Origin: an uncultured Acidobacteriaceae bacterium
Lineage (GTDB): Bacteria; Acidobacteriota; Terriglobia; Terriglobales; Acidobacteriaceae
DNA: 64,000 nt
NCBI GenBank assembly: GCA_963770555.1
Contig: CAVYQC010000006.1
Span: 105,564 to 169,563 of the forward strand
Reading direction: 5' to 3'
Made by a program: the position numbers and the translations under genes. Under the pieces are notes generated by a model. That model made no database searches and had not been told where the DNA came from. It was given only the letters and a program-made list of their open reading frames with translations. How positions within the stretch are numbered: the first letter of the stretch is position 1; each line of letters starts with the position of its first letter. Positions 57,759-64,000 of this stretch are shown one piece after another.

Positions 57759-58874
57759 TTACCCAAGCACGATCGCCGCGGCTGTCCAGGCGCGTTGCTG
57801 ACTTTCCGCCACGCCGCGATAAGTCAGCGCTCCCATCCAGGTGTTCAGGCCTTCGGCCAGCCCCGGGTCCTGCCGCAGCGCCGCGCGCGCGCCCAGATTC
57901 GCAAGGCGCAGAACATAGGGAAAGGTGGAGTTGGTGAGCGCCAGCGTGGAAGTGTGCGGCACGGCGCCGGGCATGTTGGTGACGCAATAATGTACGACTC
58001 CATCGACCGTGTAGCTGGGGTTGGAGTGCGAAGTGGGCCGCGCGGTCTCCACGCATCCTCCCTGGTCGATGGCCACATCCACAACCACCGCGCCCTTCTT
58101 CATCGCCGCGACCATCTCGCGGGTCACCAGCCGGGGCGCGGTGGCTCCCGGAATCAGCACGCCGCCGATCACAAGATCCGCCTCGCGCGTGGCCTGCGCA
58201 ATGTTGTAGCTGTTCGAGGCCAGCGTATAGAGGCGCCCGCCGAAGATATCTTCGAGCTCGCGGAGGCGGTTCAGGTTCATGTCGATGAGCGTGGTCTTGG
58301 CGCCGAAGCCAAGCGCAATGCGGGCCGCGTTGGTGCCCACAATGCCGCCGCCCAGGATGGCGACGTGAGCCGGCGGGACGCCCGGCACGCCGCCCAGCAG
58401 GATGCCGCGCCCTCCGCGCTCCTTTTCAAGGTAGGTCGCGCCTACCTGCACGCTCATCCGGCCCGCCACTTCGCTCATCGGCATCAACAGCGGCAGATTG
58501 CCGCGGCGGTCGCGGACGGTTTCATAGGCAATTCCAATCACCTTCGACTCGAGCAGCTGGTCGGTAAGCGCAGGCAGCGGCGCCAGGTGAAGATAGGTGA
58601 ACAGGACAAGTCCCTCGCGGAAAAACACGTATTCGCTCTCGGTGGGTTCCTTCACCTTGACCACTATCTCGGACTTGCCCCAGACGTAGCCCGCGTCGCC
58701 CACCATCTCCGCGCCGGCGTTCTGGTACTCCTCGTCGGGAAAGCCGGATTGCGCGCCGGCCTGTGTCTCCACCAGCACGGCGTGGCCCGCCTCGCTGAGC
58801 GCCTTCACGCCTGCGGGCGTTATGCCCACGCGCGCCTCGTTGTCCTTGATCTCTTTGGGAACCCCGATAATCAT
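57759..58874 (-). CDS. ald: Alanine dehydrogenase
   Basis: [49 protein letters not shown]. Confidence 0.97.
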   Translation of the reverse strand: MIIGVPKEIKDNEARVGITPAGVKALSEAGHAVLVETQAGAQSGFPDEEYQNAGAEMVGDAGYVWGKSEIVVKVKEPTESEYVFFREGLVLFTYLHLAPLPALTDQLLESKVIGIAYETVRDRRGNLPLLMPMSEVAGRMSVQVGATYLEKERGGRGILLGGVPGVPPAHVAILGGGIVGTNAARIALGFGAKTTLIDMNLNRLRELEDIFGGRLYTLASNSYNIAQATREADLVIGGVLIPGATAPRLVTREMVAAMKKGAVVVDVAIDQGGCVETARPTSHSNPSYTVDGVVHYCVTNMPGAVPHTSTLALTNSTFPYVLRLANLGARAALRQDPGLAEGLNTWMGALTYRGVAESQQRAWTAAAIVLG

Positions 58875-59085
58875 CGTCAGCTCCAGTCCGGGCCCGCCTG
58901 CCCATTTCCTTGTCCACCACTTTTGGATGCCTGCGGGAGCGAGTTGCGTCCGCGGAAGCCGGACGCGCTGCGGTTTATCTGCCGTGGACTCAGTCCGAGC
59001 GCTTCGATTCCCGGATGAGGGTTACGAGGAATCGTACGGCGCAATCTGCTTCCAATGTGTGCAAATTTCATGATATGAGTACTGA

Positions 59086-59622
59086 ATGGGAACGAAACGT
59101 GAGGAAACTCGCCAATCTGTGCAAGAATCGGTCGCAAGCGTGGCTGAAGACGCAAGAGGGAGCCCAAACGGCGCGCTCGACGAGCTCGATGCGGCGATTC
59201 TGCGCCATCTGGATCGCCACGGAAGGGCCACGAATTATGAGGTCGGCGAAGCAGTGGGCCTCTCCGCCTCGGCGGCATCGCGGCGCATCCTGGCGCTGGA
59301 ATCGGCCGGCGCAATCCGCGGCTATCGCGCCGTCATCGACGACCGATTTTTCGGCAGGCGCATGACGGTCTATATCCGCGTCACGCTGGAAAAGCAATCG
59401 GCGGCTGTGCTCGGGGCCTTTGAGACCGCCGTCCGGCGCTGCCGCGGCATTGTGGGCTGCCACCTGATGGCCGGGCAGTACGATTACATGCTGGTGGCGC
59501 GCGTGGCGGGCATCGACGATTACGGACGCCTGCACCAGGCAGAGTTATCGCGCCTGCCGGGCGTTACGCGGCTGGAGACCAGCTTCGCACTGAGAGATGT
59601 GCTGGCGGGAAAGAGCGCTTAA
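59086..59622 (+). CDS. Lrp/AsnC family regulator (AldR-like), divergent from ald
   Basis: LDELDAAILRHL...GRAT..EVGE.VGLS.SA..RRI..LE..G.IRGY; MAGQYDYML. Confidence 0.92.
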   Translation: MGTKREETRQSVQESVASVAEDARGSPNGALDELDAAILRHLDRHGRATNYEVGEAVGLSASAASRRILALESAGAIRGYRAVIDDRFFGRRMTVYIRVTLEKQSAAVLGAFETAVRRCRGIVGCHLMAGQYDYMLVARVAGIDDYGRLHQAELSRLPGVTRLETSFALRDVLAGKSA

Positions 59623-59630
59623 AGCGGCGC

Positions 59631-59661
59631 CTGTTGCTTGTTCCCTTGTTCCCTCGGTCCC
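59631..59661 (-). repeat. Short tandem GGGAACAA-type repeats, related to the AGGGAAC family
   Basis: Plus strand ctgttgc ttgttccc ttgttccc tcggtccc. Confidence 0.65.
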
Positions 59662-59666
59662 TGCCT

Positions 59667-60707
59667 TCACGCCATCTGCTCGCGCGCGCCTCTCCACAAA
59701 TCGATCCCGCTCTCCTGCGCGTGGCGATCGATCTCAGTCAGTTCCGCTTGAGAAAACTCAAGCTTGCTGAGCGCATCGAGCGAGTTATCGAGCTGCTCCA
59801 CGTTGCGCGCGCCGATGAGCGCCGAGGTGACGCGGCGGTCGCGCAGAACCCAGGCGATAGCCATTTGCGCCAGCGATTGGCCGCGCGCCTGCGCGATCTG
59901 GTTGAGCGCCCGCACGCGCTGCAGATTTTCTTCGTTCAGAAATTCTTTGAGCAGCGACGAGTTTTGCGCCGCGCCGCGCGAGTTCTCCGGCAAGCCTTTC
60001 AGGTACTTGCCGCTCAGCAATCCCTGGGCCAGCGGCGAGAATGCGATGCAGCCGGCTCCGAGGTCGTCGAGCGTGGCCAGCAATTCCTTTTCGACCCAGC
60101 GGTTGAGCATGGAGTACGAAGGCTGATGAATCAGCAGCGGCACGCCCATGCCCTTGAGAATCTGCGCTGCCTCGCGGGTGCGCTCCGGGCTGTACGACGA
60201 GATGCCGACATAGAGCGCCTTGCCCTGCTGCACGGCGGATACAAGCGCGCCCATGGTCTCTTCGAGCGGGCAATTGTCCCAGGGACGGTGCGCGTAAAAG
60301 ATATCGACGTACTCGAGGCGCATGCGCTTGAGGCTGTCGTCGAGCGAGGCCAGCAGATACTTGCGCGAGCCGCCGATGCCGTACGGCCCCGGCCACATAT
60401 CCCAGCCGGCTTTGGTGGAGATGACGAGCTCATTGCGCAGGCCGCCGAAATCCTTGCGCAGAATCGCGCCGAAATTTTCCTCGGCCGAGCCGTAAGGCGG
60501 ACCATAGTTATTGGCAAGATCGAAGTGGGTAACGCCGCGGTCGAAGGCCCGGCGGATGGTAGCGCGGCCGGTCTCGAAAACGTCCGCCCCGCCGAAGTTC
60601 TGCCAAAGACCCAGCGAGATAGGCGGCAGCACGAGGCCGGAACGGCCGCAGCGGCGGAAGGTGGGGTTGTCATAGCGGTCGGGATTGGGAACGTAGCTCG
60701 TTTCCAT
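59667..60707 (-). CDS. mgrA: L-glyceraldehyde 3-phosphate reductase (YghZ/MgrA aldo-keto reductase)
   Basis: RCGRSGL.LP.ISLGLWQNFG, THFDLANNYGPPYGSAEENFG, STKAG.DMWPGPYG. Confidence 0.93.
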   Translation of the reverse strand: METSYVPNPDRYDNPTFRRCGRSGLVLPPISLGLWQNFGGADVFETGRATIRRAFDRGVTHFDLANNYGPPYGSAEENFGAILRKDFGGLRNELVISTKAGWDMWPGPYGIGGSRKYLLASLDDSLKRMRLEYVDIFYAHRPWDNCPLEETMGALVSAVQQGKALYVGISSYSPERTREAAQILKGMGVPLLIHQPSYSMLNRWVEKELLATLDDLGAGCIAFSPLAQGLLSGKYLKGLPENSRGAAQNSSLLKEFLNEENLQRVRALNQIAQARGQSLAQMAIAWVLRDRRVTSALIGARNVEQLDNSLDALSKLEFSQAELTEIDRHAQESGIDLWRGAREQMA

Positions 60708-60719
60708 TGTGCTCCTCAG

Positions 60720-61013
60720 TTAGAGACGCATAGCCCAATAGCCGGGGCGGCGCTTTGCGTGGGCAATGGCGACAATTTGAATGTCGTGAAGGCGCTCCCG
60801 GAAAACAACAGAGAAAGGATAACGCTTGAGAACCACGCGGCGAGTCGAATGCAGATACAGAGGGCAAATCTGGGGGTGGACGCGTAGCGTCAGAAAGGCG
60901 TCACGAAGTTCCTCATCAAATCCGAAAGCGGCGACCGGATTCCTGGTCCAGTAATGCTCAAACGCTGCGTCGGCTTCCGCCTCCGCTTCAGGATGAAACG
61001 TATAGGGCTTCAT
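60720..61013 (-). CDS. ParE/RelE family type II toxin
   Basis: FHPEAEAE...A..Y, RRVVLKRYPFSVVFR, IVAIAHAKRRPGYW. Confidence 0.88.
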   Translation of the reverse strand: MKPYTFHPEAEAEADAAFEHYWTRNPVAAFGFDEELRDAFLTLRVHPQICPLYLHSTRRVVLKRYPFSVVFRERLHDIQIVAIAHAKRRPGYWAMRL

Positions 61014-61270
61014 CTCCCCCGCGCGAGCTGCTCCCGTTTTTCCTTAATGCGGGCATCCATGCGCTCGAGAACTTCGTCACCCGGGATCATCTTGACGGCT
61101 CCGGAGTCGATCTCAGCGAGGCGGCGCTCGATCTCCGTGTCCCAGGCGGATTCCACTTCAGCGGCAGAGATGCTCTCATCGTCGATCAGGAGACATTCCG
61201 CCAGCCACTCTCTTTCGTCTGGTGAGAGCTGCCGTGCTTCATCGAGGAGCCTTTGCGCGTTGGGACTCAT
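61010..61270 (-). CDS. Addiction-module antitoxin (TIGR02574-like)
   Basis: LLDEARQLSPDER..LA..L, AWDTEIERRLAEI.SG....IPGDEV; ATGA overlap with the toxin. Confidence 0.88.
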   Translation of the reverse strand: MSPNAQRLLDEARQLSPDEREWLAECLLIDDESISAAEVESAWDTEIERRLAEIDSGAVKMIPGDEVLERMDARIKEKREQLARGR

Positions 61271-61566
61271 AGAAGAATTGTAGCGCGATTCCGGTCTTGC
61301 CTTGCACGGCGAATCATCTGTTGGAACTCTTCCATCGCCTGCTCGTGGGGAGCGCCGGGCGAGGTATCGGCGAGAGCCTCTTCGACGCCGGCACGGAACC
61401 ATTCTTCATACCCCGGCTCAGGCTCGCCCGCTTCCTTCTGCCAGGCGGCGAAGGCCGCATCCGGCATTGCACTTTCCTCGCCAAGGAGGTTCTCAATCAC
61501 CCAGTCCCGCTCGGCGGGAGGCAATTTGCGGATGTCTTCGAGAATTTCGGCTGCGGTGCGAGGCAT
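61267..61566 (-). CDS. Second antitoxin-like protein, N-terminus paralogous to the downstream antitoxin
   Basis: ILEDIRKLPPAERDWVIENLL N-terminus; YEEWFRAGVEEALAD..PGAPHEQAM ParD-like C-terminus. Confidence 0.7.
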   Translation of the reverse strand: MPRTAAEILEDIRKLPPAERDWVIENLLGEESAMPDAAFAAWQKEAGEPEPGYEEWFRAGVEEALADTSPGAPHEQAMEEFQQMIRRARQDRNRATILL

Positions 61567-61650
61567 GTGGAAATTGTAGCGCGGAATCGGACGCGGAACC
61601 ACATTCTCAGGCTCCGAAGGCGTGAATCCGGCACCTAGCGCCCGGTTGGC

Positions 61651-62661
61651 CTAGCTAAGTAGGGAACTTGGTGGGACGTAGTTTCCGGGTCCCTCAAGTG
61701 CGACAATGCGATTTGTCAATGCTATTCTTGCTTGAATCAGATCGTCATACAAAATGTGGTTAAACTGCCTGGTGTCGAAGTGCAGATGATCCTTATCCGA
61801 GTGATTGCACATCCAAACTACGTTCCGTCCGAGGCCTAACGCCATTCCGGCCTCAAAATATACGCCATTCTTTTGTCCAGTAAAGTCTGCAACGAGGAAG
61901 CGACAGCGTCTAACCCCTGCAATTATTTCATCGTCGATCCGTCGATTATGCTCATTCTGGTCAACCCGAAATGGCCGATAACCGGCGTCCTCGATCCCCG
62001 GCTTGATGGCCTGCAACCACACCGGGATTTGCTCGGATGAGAAAGACATCGCTACGAATTCAACTTCTGAGCTGCGTCCCGACGACTGAATCTGCTGAAG
62101 CCTTTCATACGCTTTCCATGTTGGTTTAGGGGGAATCGGAGCGGAATCCTTCGGGTCGTAGAGGTAACCAGCATTTGCCAGTTCTCGAACGATGAAGAGA
62201 GCGGTATCGGCAGACTGTGCTGTTAAGAGAGGCCAATCTGATTGATAGTCGAATCTCGAAGGCAGTCCGACAACCGGGCACATCTCACATATCTTCTGCA
62301 AGGCCAGATCGAATTGGTCAACGACGTTGAGCTCGGGTATGGAGGAAGTTAGCTTTTCAAGGTCTTCCAGAACGATGGGATTAAACTCGTCATTCGGAGG
62401 GAGCCTCCGAAGATATGCGGAGAGCAAATGGCCCTTCCTCCGCTGCCTCACTTCGTTGGCCGCGGAAGTGGCAATGAAAACATTGCTGCAAGCCGGGCAC
62501 CAGCCCCGCAGTAATTGCGATGCACCGGGTCCGTGAGTTTCGAACGGCCTGTCGAAAGCAAAATCCGCATTTGGCGTGCCGCATATCGGGCAATTCGGAC
62601 TTGGCGAACGCGTTAAGCCCGGAGCGTCACATCGAAAAAGACGGCGCTTGTTGCTTGACAT
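61651..62661 (-). CDS. Zn-ribbon plus helical/wHTH-like domain plus nucleoside-deoxyribosyltransferase (NDT/TIR-like) domain protein
   Basis: CPICG...CPAC; FVAMSF, IDDEIIAG.R..RFLVADFTGQ..GVYFEAG.ALGLG, HFDTRQFNHI; AGGAG RBS; visibly lower GC than flanks. Confidence 0.8.
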   Translation of the reverse strand: MSSNKRRLFRCDAPGLTRSPSPNCPICGTPNADFAFDRPFETHGPGASQLLRGWCPACSNVFIATSAANEVRQRRKGHLLSAYLRRLPPNDEFNPIVLEDLEKLTSSIPELNVVDQFDLALQKICEMCPVVGLPSRFDYQSDWPLLTAQSADTALFIVRELANAGYLYDPKDSAPIPPKPTWKAYERLQQIQSSGRSSEVEFVAMSFSSEQIPVWLQAIKPGIEDAGYRPFRVDQNEHNRRIDDEIIAGVRRCRFLVADFTGQKNGVYFEAGMALGLGRNVVWMCNHSDKDHLHFDTRQFNHILYDDLIQARIALTNRIVALEGPGNYVPPSSLLS

Positions 62662-62730
62662 GGCCACTCTCCTTGCTTCAGCCGAACAGTCTAAATGCCC
62701 CAGACAGGCTCACAGCGCGCTCCAAGGGGC

Positions 62731-63999
62731 TCACTCCGCATTATCGATCTGCGCCCGTTGCAGCTTATCCGAGTAATCCACGTACACTGCCTTCCATGTG
62801 GTAAAGAAGTCTAGGGCTCCGTTGCCTTCGCGATGGCCGTTGCCGGTGTGCTTCACGCCGCCGAAGGGCAGGTGCACCTCGGCGCCGATGGTGGGCGCGT
62901 TGATGTAGGTGATTCCCGCCTCCAGGTCGCGGATGGCCGCGAAGGCGCGGTTTACGTTTTTGGTGTAGAGCGAAGTCGAAAGGCCGTAGTCAGTGGAGTT
63001 GGCAATCTCGATGGCCTGCTCGAAGGAGTCAAATTCGAGCAGCGCGACGACCGGGCCGAAGACCTCCTCGCGGGCGACGCGCATGGCGGGAGTGACTGCC
63101 CCGATCACCGTCGGCTCGAAGAAAGTGCCGTGAGCATAACAACCTTCCGTCAGCGTGTGGCCGCCGGTGAGGAGCTGCGCTCCTTCTCCCAATGCGATTT
63201 GCACGTACTTTTGAGAAGTTTCAATTTGATTCGCATTGACCTGCGGACCGACTTCAACGAGTTCGTCGAGGCCGTTGCCGACCTTCAGATTCCTCGCGCG
63301 TGCGACCAGCTTCTCCGTAAACTCCTTCGCAATTCCGCGCTGCAGCAGAATGCGGCTGGTGGCCGTGCAGCGTTGGCCAGTCGTCCCGAAGGCTCCCCAC
63401 AGCGCGCCGTCGAGAGCCAGATCGAGGTTGGCGTCGTCGAGCACGATCTGCGCGTTTTTGCCGCCCATTTCAAGCGAAACCTGCTTGAACGTGGCGGCTG
63501 CGCGCTGGGCAACTTGCGAGCCTACGGCGCTCGATCCGGTGAAGCTGATGGCGCGCACGTCGGGGTGCTCGACCAGCGCCGCGCCCGCGCCGGAGCCCGT
63601 GCCGCAGACGATGTTGACCACTCCCGGCGGCAGGCCCGCATCCACGAGCGCCTGGACGAGGTTATAGGTGGAGAGCGGCGTATCGGTCGCGGGCTTGATG
63701 ACGCAGGTGTTGCCCGCGACCAGCGCCGGGAAAAGCTTCCAGCTTGGAATGGCCATGGGGAAGTTCCAGGGCGTAATCAGGCCCACCACACCCACGGGCA
63801 TGCGCACGCTCATGGCGAATTTGTTCTGCAACTCGCTGGGCGTGGTCTGGCCGAACAGGCGGCGGCCTTCGCCGGCCACATAAAACGCCTCGTCAATTGC
63901 CTCCTGCACGTCACCGCGCGTCTCGGCCAGCACCTTGCCCATCTCGCGGGTCATTTCGCGTGCACATTTTTCCTTGTTCTGGATGAGATTGTTGCCGGC
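62731..63999 (-). CDS. Aldehyde dehydrogenase family protein (5' end beyond the window)
   Basis: [38 protein letters not shown]. Confidence 0.95.
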   Translation of the reverse strand, partial: AGNNLIQNKEKCAREMTREMGKVLAETRGDVQEAIDEAFYVAGEGRRLFGQTTPSELQNKFAMSVRMPVGVVGLITPWNFPMAIPSWKLFPALVAGNTCVIKPATDTPLSTYNLVQALVDAGLPPGVVNIVCGTGSGAGAALVEHPDVRAISFTGSSAVGSQVAQRAAATFKQVSLEMGGKNAQIVLDDANLDLALDGALWGAFGTTGQRCTATSRILLQRGIAKEFTEKLVARARNLKVGNGLDELVEVGPQVNANQIETSQKYVQIALGEGAQLLTGGHTLTEGCYAHGTFFEPTVIGAVTPAMRVAREEVFGPVVALLEFDSFEQAIEIANSTDYGLSTSLYTKNVNRAFAAIRDLEAGITYINAPTIGAEVHLPFGGVKHTGNGHREGNGALDFFTTWKAVYVDYSDKLQRAQIDNAE

Positions 64000-64000
64000 T

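Overview
GC-rich bacterial chromosome segment, most likely Acidobacteriota (inferred from the rplM-rpsI-rpsB-tsf order, the DcaP-like porin and the style of the surface-protein C-terminus). From left to right it carries: a glycan/sulfate-ester catabolic cluster (sulfatase, Ntn asparaginase, FGE, GH29 fucosidase, RbsD/FucU, YphC-like dehydrogenase, aldo-keto reductase); an M3 peptidase; a RelBE-type TA pair; an ABC ATPase plus a permease-CPBP protease fusion; an ankyrin gene plus a 2.1-kaa GH113/Ig-repeat surface protein; a complete IS110/IS1111-type element; pgeF, an IHF/HU gene, a GT2 and a SpoIIE-type phosphatase; rplS-rnhB; msrPQ; a PIG-L protein; a porin; rplM-rpsI-rpsB-tsf; a DEAD-box helicase; an NtrY/NtrX-like pair; padR; ald/lrp; mgrA; and a small TA/defence-like patch before a partial aldehyde dehydrogenase. 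The strongest finding is the IS110 element at 26709-28298. Its ends, AG core, sub-terminal inverted repeats and circle-junction promoter can be read directly. Its 3' non-coding end holds a two-loop bridge/seek RNA whose guides match both the reconstructed target (ttAGagcggt) and the donor junction. That target is the terminus of a 115-bp TA-flanked palindromic MITE-like element. No CRISPR array, rRNA or tRNA was found.
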